64,000 bases of DNA. Source: a virus. The notes under the pieces were generated by a model that was not told the DNA's origin, ran no database searches, and saw only the letters and a program-made list of their open reading frames with translations. The stretch lies in IMG/VR virus record IMGVR_UViG_3300023491_000002. One strand, 5' to 3'. Positions 28,101 to 38,200 of this stretch are shown here, piece after piece. Both the position numbers and the translations under genes were made by a program. Within the stretch, counting starts at the first letter, position 1. Each line of letters opens with the position of its first letter.

Positions 28101-29191
28101 ACAATGATGAAAATACAACTTATGTAGGTACTTCTGATTTGTTTCAACGTGAACCTAAAGAAATTATTTATAGCACTACTGGTAAAATTGGTTGTAACAA
28201 TCGTTTTAGTGCTATTATTACGCATCGTGGTTATCTTGTTTGTGATGTCGAAAAAGGTGAGATTTATCTTGTTAAGAACGATCAAAACGTAAGTGAGTTA
28301 TCCGATTTAGGCTTCAAAGAGTGGTTTAAAGAGCATATTTACGCTAATGCTACTAATCCATTGTCGCATAGTGGATGTTTCTTTACATACGATGAAATGC
28401 ACCAAAGATTTATATTCACTAATAAAATTATAGATAAAAACGGTGTTATTGACTTATATAAGTCTTATTCTATTTCTTACTCATTAAAGACTAACTTATG
28501 GACGTCTTTTCACTCGTATATCGGAGATTATTCATACATTAACCGGCATGGAATCTTCTATATAACTAAAGGTTCTCTTTTTAAGACTGATGCTAAGAAT
28601 AAAGGTATTTACTTTGATGATGTTATTCATCCTAGTGTTGTTCAATTCATTTATGCTACCGAGCCTATTATAAGTAAACTCTTTAAGCATATTGAATGGC
28701 GTAGTCAGCTTATTAATGGTCTTATGAATAATGAAGATAATATACGTTATCTCTATAATAAAACTATTGATTGGTTGATGTTTCATACTGATGTTCAATG
28801 TACAGGTCTTATGCCTATGAGTGTTAGTCCTATTTGGTGGGATAATGAAACTCTTAAATATAAAGCTGGTCGTTATCTTTGGAATCGTATTGAAGATTTC
28901 GTTGAAAATGATCATGGTCAATGGAATCCTAATCCTAATCTTATTAATTTTATGGATAAAGATGCTATTGACACTCTTATTGAACTTTCAGCTAAATATC
29001 AAAAGCCTTGGTATGATATTGCTAAGTTCCATAATGCTTGGACTTATATAACTATGATATATGAGAATAAGTTCTTTAGTCAAGAAGCGGATGATTATGT
29101 AGATAATATTACTAAATATCCTGACGCTACTCAGCTTGATTTAAGACTTACTAATATTGAAGTTATGATTGATAAAGATACTCGTTTATAA
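25166..29191 (+). CDS. Large tail protein of 1341 aa; a tail-fibre or host-recognition candidate.
   Basis: Its size, its position after the small structural genes, and its Asn/Tyr/Ser-rich composition typical of tail fibres. No motif support. Confidence 0.65.
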   Translation: MKVNAGLYPNANPSLVNSDTKSYALNVLYNEDGETLINENGFEKHHDYSDYGQCIGTIPIPVGVVLFFVNRNGANPSVPDGDYIIWHSDETIEGDIKYSDVIYKAPLVGDSTVLNFSEDRPITGAYSYNKNNHLIITFTEGNSTAANETRLMNLNTFCDDYNLAKDYSDNTTTIYSLGIDLTKEKLLNLIPDVEYPTLTVQSIDGGGLLAGSYQFAIAYKLKTGDYTDYSLLSPTYFAAPKYNESIKAGQLTSRKFQIDITNIDSQFDECKLGIIYKGEDEEKAYEYENIDIKGKNSTTVYISGINSLNIVTLNDIVIGNISYIKDQAHTNFNSQLIRANVSMNDITGLDKHIKDKNLCTANGLNGTGNIKIKEELFKSVGDKGDFEKKDLSNDTCIKDNEYYFLYLGLIDYKGKLINVYPIYNTQKSSYYFKTSNFNMIGSDGAVKHRMFRFKFNPTDFFSKLFKDTTKIETADGLEEVGVVARKQIKSWVVYMAQPNSSNSNWCCQSLVVRDLAYSNVVGNNYKGAFASRDRYRLYPLEYLIEKKTMPQVKAYSVRSAYERMTWRHCFNRQKNDTKNEKGDGFDLWDEGGDLIQSVLLSDSLIVNSRLNGPTIKPEFIANNNSAVSNIAADSSYKFSKNNGLDDNAMFDSKYYPNAWNNKSYQRVTITYSNGDLLDPGFEYNKICKDYSAAGEWKGDDNPNSHRDDRTVAKFQWYSIIENNRAIIDCYYHDRNADDIFKTIDVYAQNLSCISSIVRVEYHPVTYIATTKAQYLKGDTFVAFITQRCVAPAAGFQHEGVSATIANCHRIIISYFIFSRMNLQCRHDGLGVNSSAYKIFERNISNTAENDIEKAIRWAPKNNYYQEADNLGHVSYPIDNFWNTEDGKCYETSMNWDGFKDAVIIKKIDDIKTFPSRIIRSDVNPSESTDIGWRRYKADAYKDVSIQKGAIENVLSDDIALYIQQRYTLLVAAIKDTLDNNDENTTYVGTSDLFQREPKEIIYSTTGKIGCNNRFSAIITHRGYLVCDVEKGEIYLVKNDQNVSELSDLGFKEWFKEHIYANATNPLSHSGCFFTYDEMHQRFIFTNKIIDKNGVIDLYKSYSISYSLKTNLWTSFHSYIGDYSYINRHGIFYITKGSLFKTDAKNKGIYFDDVIHPSVVQFIYATEPIISKLFKHIEWRSQLINGLMNNEDNIRYLYNKTIDWLMFHTDVQCTGLMPMSVSPIWWDNETLKYKAGRYLWNRIEDFVENDHGQWNPNPNLINFMDKDAIDTLIELSAKYQKPWYDIAKFHNAWTYITMIYENKFFSQEADDYVDNITKYPDATQLDLRLTNIEVMIDKDTRL

Positions 29192-29196
29192 TTAGT

Positions 29197-29254
29197 GTTG
29201 CTCTTTAACGATCTCCAGACCCCGGTAGGGAAAGAGCTTGTGGTAAGGAGCAAC
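29197..29254 (+). repeat. GC-rich conserved element, copy B, in forward orientation. It is enclosed by the inverted repeat GTTGCTC...GAGCAAC.
   Basis: The core CCAGACCCCGGTAGGGAAAGAGCTTGTGGTAAGGAGCAAC lies at 29216-29254. It is 6 nt after the stop at 29191 and 20 nt before the ATG at 29275. There is no T-run. Confidence 0.55.
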
Positions 29255-29274
29255 ACTCTGCAAATACTATTAGT

Positions 29275-32190
29275 ATGCCAAATAAATATAAACGTACTAA
29301 GGTCGCTGATGATGCTCAAGCTAGACGTCTTCTTATTGATATTTTTACTAAGTATCATCAAAGTAAAGATATTAATAATAGATCTCTAGGTTTAGCTATT
29401 CAAGCTCTTGATAAAGAGAGTAATACTAAAGGTCTTATAGGTCGTCCTGAGATTCATAAGATTGATTCTCTTTATCAAGTCGGTGCACCTGCTCGTGAAA
29501 TTGTTAAGTATATAGCAGAGACTGGTGTTGGTACTAAAGGTTACAATACTAAAGTCTTTACACCTCAACAACTAGCTGATGATGGTGTTATTAAACGTAT
29601 GCGTGATTTTTACAATTATGCTAAGAAGCGTGGTCTTAATCATGCAGCCGCTACTGGTTTAATGTCTATGGTTTATGGTGAGACGTTAAATGATTCGATT
29701 GATGATCTATTTTCATTTAATAAAACTCAAAGAGCTACTGCTAAAGGTGATAATAGAATTGTTAATCATGGTTTATTTAGTTTTGAGAATCTACGTAAAT
29801 GGGATGATAAGAAAGATAAAGGTAAACCTAAAACTAATTGGGTTGAAGATCCTAATTATACTTATGGTAGTTATCAATCTTATCTTAAAGCTAATAAACG
29901 TAAAGATAGTTTAGAATCTCAATTTGATTATTATCTTGATACTTATTTACCTTCTAAAGATAGTAAATTTAGTACAGATAAAGTCAATGCTATGTCGGCT
30001 GAAGATGCTTCTGTTTACTTTATGAAGAATCAAAAACCGGATTTTACTGTTGATTATTCTACAACTAAAACGCTTAGAAGTCGTGCTAACTTCTTATTTA
30101 AATCTGAATTTAATAATGGTGGTATGATTAAAAACATTTCAACTCTTAAAGCTTACCCTCGTCGACGTAAATACGCTGGTGGAGGTGAAGTTGCATTTAA
30201 AGATAGATTCGGGGATGTTCAAGGTCATAGTTATGGAGTCGAGAAAGGTATTCAAGGAGCTTCTACAATGTCTGGTTTAAGTACCGGTGCTACTATTGGC
30301 GGGGGACTTGGGGCTGGAGTTACTGCTGCGGCTGCCGCTGGATCTTCTGCTTTAGCCGGTACAACTCTTGGAGCTTGGGCAGGTCCTATTGGTATGGCAG
30401 CAGGTGCTATTATTGGTGGTATTGTTGGACTGTTTGGAGGTCGTCGTAAGAAACGTAAGGCTAAAAAAGCTGCTGAAGAAGCTGATAGGCAACGTCAGAT
30501 TGTTGCAGGCAATGAACGTATTCTTCAAGATGAACTTAAATTATCCAACACTGCTCAACAAGAAGGTGCTCTTGATATATATGGTGACTCTAATATTACA
30601 GGTGTTACTGGTTATCAAGATGATGCTAGCTTCAATAGTGACTTAGTTCAACCTACTGTTCAAGGTACTCCATTTGGTGATGTTGATCCTAGTTCTGCTT
30701 TTGGTAGAATTGCCGCTCGTTGTGGTGGAAGACTTAAACGTAAACGTTGTGGTGGCAAAGCTAAACGTTATGCTGATGGTGGTATGATTAAAGAAACATC
30801 TTCTAATACCGCAGAAGTTAATGGTCCTTCTCATGAACAAGGTGGTGTTTCTTATGGACCTAATGCAGAAGTAGAAGGTGGTGAAGCTCTTATGACTGAC
30901 GCAGATAATGCTTATGTATTCTCTGATACTTTAAAGTATAATGGAACTACATTTGCTGATCTTGCTAAGCCTCTTATGAAACATAAAGGTTATCTTGAAA
31001 GTTCTCTTCCGGTCAAATCTATGATGCTTGGTAGAATGCTTTCTCTAACTGACCGTAGTACTTATGCAATTGATCGTAATACTAATGGACGTAACGCTGA
31101 GAAAGCTAATGCTGATCTTCAAAGAACTAATGCACAAATTGCTGCAATTCAAAATGAACTCGCACAACTCTATAATCTTCAAGAAAGTATGAAAGCTGAA
31201 TCTGGTATGGAAGCTGAACCTATTGAAGCACGTTGTGGCGGTAAAATTAGAAGATATTATGATGGTGGTCAAATTGTTGATATTCCTATTTCTACTTATG
31301 GTACTCAACGGGATAATAGCGGGAATTATGCTACGGGACAAGAAATAACTTTTACATCTAATGATAAAACTCAAATTCAAAATCCTTTAACTATTATTCA
31401 ACAAGGTTTGCGTTGTGGTGGTAGAACTCGCAAATATGCTGATGGTGGCTTTATAAGTCCGGGATTTGTTTCTGAAGTTGGTGGTAATCTTATTGGTGGT
31501 ATAAGTCAATTTATAACTAATAAAGGTTTAATTGATCGTATGGAAAGTATGCGAGTTCCTGAAATTCCTCTTATGGATCGTGTAGAACTAGAAACTGATA
31601 TAAATACTGACGCTGAAATTGGAGATATTAATAATACTGTTCGTAGTCTTGAAAAATATATTACAAGTAATAGTTCTAATTCTCAAGTTGCTCGTCAGTC
31701 TATATTGCTTGCTAGAACTCAAGGTTCTCGTATGCGTAGTAGAGTTAAACAAGATGAACATAATAAAGAAGTTGAGCTTCGTAATCGTTCTCGTATAGCT
31801 AACGCTGAAATTGCTGCTAGAAATAGTCAAATTAGAGCTGAGAATGAAGCTAATAAATTTAGTCATCAAATGGAAATTATTCAAAAAAGAAGTCAGAATA
31901 GTGCTATTTTATCTAATATGATTTCTAAAATTGGTAGTGCTATTAATTCTACTCAACAACTTAAATTTGATAAAGAAAATCTTCAAAATGAAATGCTTTC
32001 TAATGTAATTAAAGATCAAAATTCTTTATCTTTTGTTGCTCAACATTTTGATGATGAAACTCTAAAAAATTTATTAGGAAGCAATGGTCTAAAAGCTATT
32101 ATTTCTTATCGTAAAAGATTAAATACAAATACCAATCTTACAACAAAAAATAAAACATCTATTAGTAAAAATAGATATAAAGGTATTTGA
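29275..32190 (+). CDS. Virion-associated protein of 971 aa with a Gly-rich transmembrane-like segment and four basic Cys-Gly-Gly/Tyr-Ala-Asp-Gly-Gly repeats. A tape-measure, ejection or cell-wall-acting role is possible.
   Basis: GLSTGATIGGGLGAGVTAAAAAGSSALAGTTLGAWAGPIGMAAGAIIGGIVGLFGG followed by RRKKRKAKK. The repeats are PRRRKYAGGGEV, RCGGRLKRKRCGGKAKRYADGGMI, RCGGKIRRYYDGGQIV and RCGGRTRKYADGGFI. There is a weak SLT-like AATGLM segment near the N-terminus. Confidence 0.65.
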   Translation: MPNKYKRTKVADDAQARRLLIDIFTKYHQSKDINNRSLGLAIQALDKESNTKGLIGRPEIHKIDSLYQVGAPAREIVKYIAETGVGTKGYNTKVFTPQQLADDGVIKRMRDFYNYAKKRGLNHAAATGLMSMVYGETLNDSIDDLFSFNKTQRATAKGDNRIVNHGLFSFENLRKWDDKKDKGKPKTNWVEDPNYTYGSYQSYLKANKRKDSLESQFDYYLDTYLPSKDSKFSTDKVNAMSAEDASVYFMKNQKPDFTVDYSTTKTLRSRANFLFKSEFNNGGMIKNISTLKAYPRRRKYAGGGEVAFKDRFGDVQGHSYGVEKGIQGASTMSGLSTGATIGGGLGAGVTAAAAAGSSALAGTTLGAWAGPIGMAAGAIIGGIVGLFGGRRKKRKAKKAAEEADRQRQIVAGNERILQDELKLSNTAQQEGALDIYGDSNITGVTGYQDDASFNSDLVQPTVQGTPFGDVDPSSAFGRIAARCGGRLKRKRCGGKAKRYADGGMIKETSSNTAEVNGPSHEQGGVSYGPNAEVEGGEALMTDADNAYVFSDTLKYNGTTFADLAKPLMKHKGYLESSLPVKSMMLGRMLSLTDRSTYAIDRNTNGRNAEKANADLQRTNAQIAAIQNELAQLYNLQESMKAESGMEAEPIEARCGGKIRRYYDGGQIVDIPISTYGTQRDNSGNYATGQEITFTSNDKTQIQNPLTIIQQGLRCGGRTRKYADGGFISPGFVSEVGGNLIGGISQFITNKGLIDRMESMRVPEIPLMDRVELETDINTDAEIGDINNTVRSLEKYITSNSSNSQVARQSILLARTQGSRMRSRVKQDEHNKEVELRNRSRIANAEIAARNSQIRAENEANKFSHQMEIIQKRSQNSAILSNMISKIGSAINSTQQLKFDKENLQNEMLSNVIKDQNSLSFVAQHFDDETLKNLLGSNGLKAIISYRKRLNTNTNLTTKNKTSISKNRYKGI

Positions 32191-32246
32191 ATTTAAAATA
32201 ATATAAATCATTATGTTATTGTTAAATGAATTGAGATAATAATTAC

Positions 32247-32285
32247 ACCCTCTATTGTTAATTCAATAGAGGGTATTATTGTTTA
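32247..32285 (+). terminator. Rho-independent terminator: ACCCTCTATTG-TTAATT-CAATAGAGGGT followed by a T-rich tail.
   Basis: A perfect 11-bp stem 57 nt after the stop at 32190. Confidence 0.55.
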
Positions 32286-32301
32286 TATAAATATTTATAT
32301 T

Positions 32302-35244
32302 ATGGCAATTAGATTAAAATATGCAGATCTTACATATGTTTCAATACCTGATGCAAAACAATTAGATTTAAGTTCTTTGCGTTCTTTTGGACAAGCTTTT
32401 ACAGCTACTGCTGATAATCTGCAAGAACGTGCTATTCGTAATGAAAACGCATATAATGAAATGGCTATTAAGATGTCTGAATATAATGCGATTCAAGGTG
32501 CAGATGAAGAAGCTCTTGCAGGTAAAATTAATGAAACTCAAGAACACATTAAAGTTAAAGTTGATGAAGATGGAGGATGGTTCTTTGCTGATACAGCTGT
32601 TAGCGATGGTGCTCGTAGATTTTTAACTGATGAAGGAGTTAAAACTATTCTTGGTAATAAAACTCAATTTGATGCTATGATGCAAGCTAATGAACAATCT
32701 GACGCTTCAGAAGAATATAAAGCATTAAATAGAGCTATGATTCTTAAACGGTTTAATGATGCAGGAGGTAGTTTAGGAGGTAATGGTAAACAATCTATTA
32801 GTTCTTTTGGTACAGCTCTTGGTTCAGGTCATGATAGAGAAGCTTTACGTAAAGAAATGCTTGAATACTTTAAAGCTATGAAATCTGATGAAAAAGTTAT
32901 TTATAGTGAACAATTCCGTAAACAAGCTATAGATTTAATGAATAATCCTACAATTGATGCTGTTACTAAATCTACTCTAAAAACTTTATCTAATCCTACT
33001 CTTCATGGATTTCAAAGTTTTACTAAAACTATCGAAGGTATAGGAGATGATAGATTAATAAATGTTGCTAAAGCCATTGTATCTAACAATAGTAAATTTA
33101 AAAATGCTTTATTAAAAGAAGCAGAATTAAATCTATTTGCTCTAGAACAAAAAGGTATTACACCTAGTAATGCTGTAAAAGACAATATATATTCTACAGC
33201 TTTTACTGATTCTAATATTTTAAAAACTTTAGTAATAAATTCTCCTGAATATAAAAATGCTAATAGTAATGAAAAGATTGTATTGCTTAATGCTATAAAC
33301 AATCCTAATAGTATTTATATAAAAGAATTAATAGATAGAAATTATAGCTTTTTAAATCAAAATCCTAATGAAACTGAATCTGATTATGAAGCTAGATTAT
33401 CTAATTTTTATAAAGCTAATTATATAGATTCTGAAATATCTAATGTGGCTACTTATTTATTGCCTATGAGATATACTAAAGAGAAACTTGATGTAGATAA
33501 TAAATTCTTTGAAAGTCTATTTAATAAGCAACTAGAAAAGTCTGAAGATACTTCTAAAATACTTACTAGAGAAAGAGATGGTTTAGTTGGAACAATAGTT
33601 AATCTTCCTAGTATGACTTCTGAACTAGAAGCAAATCGTAAAACAAGATTACTTAATCAAACTTCTCAACATTCAAGAAATATATCTGAATTAGAAAGAT
33701 TTAATAACTATTTAGCTAAAAAGTCTACTAATGGAGAAAATATAACTAAAGAAGATGAAGATAAATTAAAAGCTCTTAACCTTAGAGTTCAAGAATCTCA
33801 AAGTATAATCAATAACATTCTTTCTGAATATGATGCTTATAAAGGTGGTATTCCAACAAATAAAGAAGATAAAGCAAATTTAAGCTTAGCACTTCAAAAG
33901 AGTATTAAAGAATATTATGATGTATTTAATCGTGTTGGAATTTTTGGAAGTTTAACTAATGTTATCAATGAAGAAACTTCTAACTTAGATGAAAATGGAA
34001 ATCCTATTAAAGGTACAGGCGTTGATCTTAGAGATGATGTTAAATTTAATGCAAATGATAAAACTCAGAAACATATAGATGAATATCTTCATATAAAAGA
34101 TATAAGTTATATATTAAGTAATTCAGATACTCCAGAGGAAGGTATTAAAAAAGCCACAAAGTTTATAAAAAATAGTAGCAAAACTAATCCTTATGTAAAA
34201 GAGTTTGCAGATAATATATCTAAAACATTTGGGGATATTAGTACTGGATTAACTTCTATTCTAATGGGTAATCTGATTGAAAACTATGGTAATGAAACTA
34301 ATATGATTCAGTCTAATCCTGGAGTTGTTATTGGTATATCCAAACCTACAGAAACAGGTATTGTAAGTACTGTTAGAAATAATATAGCTTATAAAATTGA
34401 AAATCATCCTGAAGCATTTACTATTATTGATAATCAATTGTTAGATGATGATGATTTAGAGTTAGATGCTGAATCCGTTGGTGTTCCTATAGATTTGAAT
34501 AATGAATCTCTTAGGAAATTCTTATATACTGAAGATAAAGGTACAGATAAGAACCCTAAATATTCTAAATCAGATATTACTTATGAACTTATGGAATTGA
34601 GTGATGGTCGTAAAGCACTTAATCTTATAAAGAATGTTCAAGGTTTTAATAATGTTAGACAGAAACTCACTATTGTTGCGAATAATGATGCTGATCAGAA
34701 TACTATAGATGAATTTGAATTAGCTATGCGTATGACTTCTGCATTCGATATGGCTGATAGACCTAATGCTGATACAAAATTTATATTTGATGCTATGTCT
34801 ACACATCATGGTGGAAGTTTAACTTTTGGTCCAGATCCTTCCAATGCTATTCAAATGAATGATGCTTCTGCATATAATATTGTTGAATATAATGGAAGAT
34901 ATTATAATAATGTTAAGTCGTTATTAAATGCTTTTGTTAAAAATCCTATAACAAATGTAGATAAAACTATATATCATAATAATTTTAGAATTACATTTAG
35001 TAAAGATTCAAATAATAATTTTACTACTCAAATTGATACGTATGATAGTACAACAAATTCATTTGAGCTTACAGATAAATTTATAAGTGATAATTCTGAA
35101 GACTTTATTAATAATACACAACGTAGATTAAGCGTTATATCATCTATATTAGATTATAAAGATGCTTATAGATTAACTAAAGAACAATTAGATAATCTTA
35201 CTAAGTTTAATGCTAATATGTCTACAGCTAATTTTAATTATTGA
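32302..35244 (+). CDS. Large hypothetical virion protein of 980 aa, Asn/Lys-rich.
   Basis: Long ORF in the tail/ejection block. Confidence 0.65.
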   Translation: MAIRLKYADLTYVSIPDAKQLDLSSLRSFGQAFTATADNLQERAIRNENAYNEMAIKMSEYNAIQGADEEALAGKINETQEHIKVKVDEDGGWFFADTAVSDGARRFLTDEGVKTILGNKTQFDAMMQANEQSDASEEYKALNRAMILKRFNDAGGSLGGNGKQSISSFGTALGSGHDREALRKEMLEYFKAMKSDEKVIYSEQFRKQAIDLMNNPTIDAVTKSTLKTLSNPTLHGFQSFTKTIEGIGDDRLINVAKAIVSNNSKFKNALLKEAELNLFALEQKGITPSNAVKDNIYSTAFTDSNILKTLVINSPEYKNANSNEKIVLLNAINNPNSIYIKELIDRNYSFLNQNPNETESDYEARLSNFYKANYIDSEISNVATYLLPMRYTKEKLDVDNKFFESLFNKQLEKSEDTSKILTRERDGLVGTIVNLPSMTSELEANRKTRLLNQTSQHSRNISELERFNNYLAKKSTNGENITKEDEDKLKALNLRVQESQSIINNILSEYDAYKGGIPTNKEDKANLSLALQKSIKEYYDVFNRVGIFGSLTNVINEETSNLDENGNPIKGTGVDLRDDVKFNANDKTQKHIDEYLHIKDISYILSNSDTPEEGIKKATKFIKNSSKTNPYVKEFADNISKTFGDISTGLTSILMGNLIENYGNETNMIQSNPGVVIGISKPTETGIVSTVRNNIAYKIENHPEAFTIIDNQLLDDDDLELDAESVGVPIDLNNESLRKFLYTEDKGTDKNPKYSKSDITYELMELSDGRKALNLIKNVQGFNNVRQKLTIVANNDADQNTIDEFELAMRMTSAFDMADRPNADTKFIFDAMSTHHGGSLTFGPDPSNAIQMNDASAYNIVEYNGRYYNNVKSLLNAFVKNPITNVDKTIYHNNFRITFSKDSNNNFTTQIDTYDSTTNSFELTDKFISDNSEDFINNTQRRLSVISSILDYKDAYRLTKEQLDNLTKFNANMSTANFNY

Positions 35245-35248
35245 TATT

Positions 35249-38200
35249 ATGCCTATTGATTTTGATAAATTAGAAAGCATACAAAGAAAATCTACTTATG
35301 CCCCTAAAGATAAGTATAAAAGATCTTCTTTTAATCCTAATGCTTATAGTATAGATAATAAATTACTACTCAATTTAAGAAAACATTCTGGAAATAGTCA
35401 AAATATAGTTCCCGGTAATGTTAATGCTTATATTGAAGCTAGAGCTAGAAATCAATCTACTTGGGATCGTATTGGTAACTCTCTTGTTCAAACTGTTGGA
35501 GAAATAATTGGTGGTACAATTGAAAGTGCAGGTTCTATACTTGCACTTCCCTCTAAACTCATAGATAGTGATGAAGCTTATACTCGTAATTTTTTAGAAA
35601 GACTAGGTAATTCCATTAATGAAGGTACTAGAGAAGCATTTCCTATTTATATGACTGAACAAGCTCAAACGGGTAATTTATTAGATCGCATGAAAGGTGG
35701 TGGTTATTGGGCTTCAATAGTTCCATCTATTTTAGGTAGTGCTGCTAGTATAATGCTTCCAGCTCGTGGAGCTTCGTTATTATTAGGTAAAGCTTTTAGA
35801 AGTGCTGTTAATCTAGGAAGTAAATCTAAATATATTAAAGATTTATTTAAGTTGGGTACAAAACTACAAAAAGCTAAAGCTCTAAACAGAGCTAATAAAA
35901 TAGCAGATATTTATGGTTCTGCTGTTATAGGACGTATTCTAGATTCATCTCGTGAAGCTTATGGTACTTATGAACAAGAACGTGAATGGTTTCTTAATAA
36001 TTATAAGAACTATGTTGAACGTGATGAAAATGGTAATGCTATTCTTAAAGCTCCGGGATTAGAAGAAGTTCCTCTAAATGATACTAATATTGAAAGTATT
36101 GCTGATAGATATGCAGATAATGCAGCTTCTAAAGGTTATTGGAGATCTATGTCTAATATAGCTTATGACGTAGTTGAATGGATGAATATCTTAGGTACTG
36201 CTAAAACTCTTACTAAAGCTACTAGAGATAACATTCGTAAAGCTATGGCAACTGGTGATAAATTTGCTATAGTTCGTACATTAAATGCTATACCCAATGC
36301 TGATAAAGGTCAAATTCTTAGAGCTATTGGAGGTTTCGCTGGAGGTTCTCTTGCTGAAATGGCAGATGAAATGACTATGAGTATTGCGATGCAAGAAGGT
36401 ACTCATGCAGCTCGTAAAGATTTTGGTTTACTTTCTGATACTGACGCTCTTACTGATTTTAGCATGAGAGTTAGTAGTTATCTTAAAGATCCTGATATTT
36501 GGACTGAAGGTATTGGAGGTCTTTTAGGTGGTGCTGGTATGCAAGCAATAATGCCATTTATTGAAACTAAGATCAATAAACGTGGTATTGAAAGAGAACA
36601 TGAATATCTTAAAGGTATTGAACGTGCTACAGAAGCTATGCGTTCAGGTCTTGATGGTATTGTTGAATCTCTTGCAGAAGGTGATATTGTTGGTGCTAAA
36701 CTGAAAGAACAAGAAGCTATTCTTAATCAAGTTGCAGCTAATAGTCTTGATGGTTCACTTGAGTTCTATAAAGAGATGCTTAGAAATATGAGTGCTTCTC
36801 TTAAAGAAATTCAATCTATTAAATATAGAAAAGATAGAGGTGAAGCTATTAGTGCCGAAGAACAAATTGCACTTGATAAAGGTGAATCTTTACTTGCAAA
36901 TGCTGATTACTTTGAACAGACTCTTAATAAGATTGAAGCTGTTGAAGATATTTACAATAAACATTTCGATGCAGTCAATGGCACTACCGACAAAAATCTC
37001 TATGAATATCAACGTCGTATTGCTACTCTTGAAGCTCAAAAAAGACTTAATGAACTAGAACTCGAAGCTATTACAGCTAATCCTGCTGAATATCAAAAGC
37101 GTGCTGCTGAATCTAAAGAGTATCTTAGTAATTATGTTGATTCTAAATATACAGACGATAATATTCGTATAGCTAAGAAAGCTGATATAAATACTTATGC
37201 TGAAAATAATGCAACTCTTGAAGATGCTAAAGCTGCATTAAGTGTTTACGATAAAATGATTGCTAGTCTTAAGAAACAAATAAGTGAACTTGAAAATGCA
37301 ATCACTAATGCTCCTAAAGATGCTACTGCTGAACAATTATTAGGTCTTAAAATAGCTCTTAAAGGTGCTAATAGTAAACTTGAATCTTACAATAAAACTC
37401 TTAGTGATATTAGTAATATTCGAGATACAGCGACTAAAAACATTGAAGCTCTTAATTTAAATAAAGATGATAAAGAGGCGGCTCAACAAGCTAGAACTCT
37501 TTTATCTAATCTTACTAATCCGGAAGAAGCTAAACGATTCTATGAAAATAGAAGAACTGCTATTGATGCTGAACTTGATTATTATCGTAATGGTAATGGA
37601 TTTGAAGATATTAAAGATCAAATAAAATTATATGAAGATGAAATCAAAGCTTCTACTGATAAAGATCTAACTGATGAACTTAATACGTATCAAACTTCTG
37701 AAGCTTTACAAGCAGATGAATCAAAGTTCTCTAATTCAGACACAAGAAAAGCCGTATATAATGCCCGTCTTGCTAGACTGCAAAAACAAGAATCTGACAC
37801 TAAAGCTGCTAATGCTCGTAGAGAAGCTGCACTCAAAGCAGAACAAGAACGTCAAGTGAGACAACAAAAAGAACGTGATGCGCTTGCAACAGAAGAAGAT
37901 TCAAATGCTGCACCGATAGGTAGTGGTACATTCGGTAGATCTTATAGAGAATTTGAAGGTGTTAAACCTTTATCCAATGAAGCTTCTAGTCTCTATAATG
38001 CACTTATGTCTGAATCTCAAGTTACAGATTCACCTCTTGCTAACGTTATTGAGAATAGACGTAAAAGCAAATCTCTTACTTCTAAAGATGCAATGCTTCT
38101 TGAAGAAATTAAAGAATTCAATGATGCTACTAATAGAGCTTTAGATAATTCATTTGATACTCTTACGACTACAAATCTTAAATGGATTGTTACTCGTATT

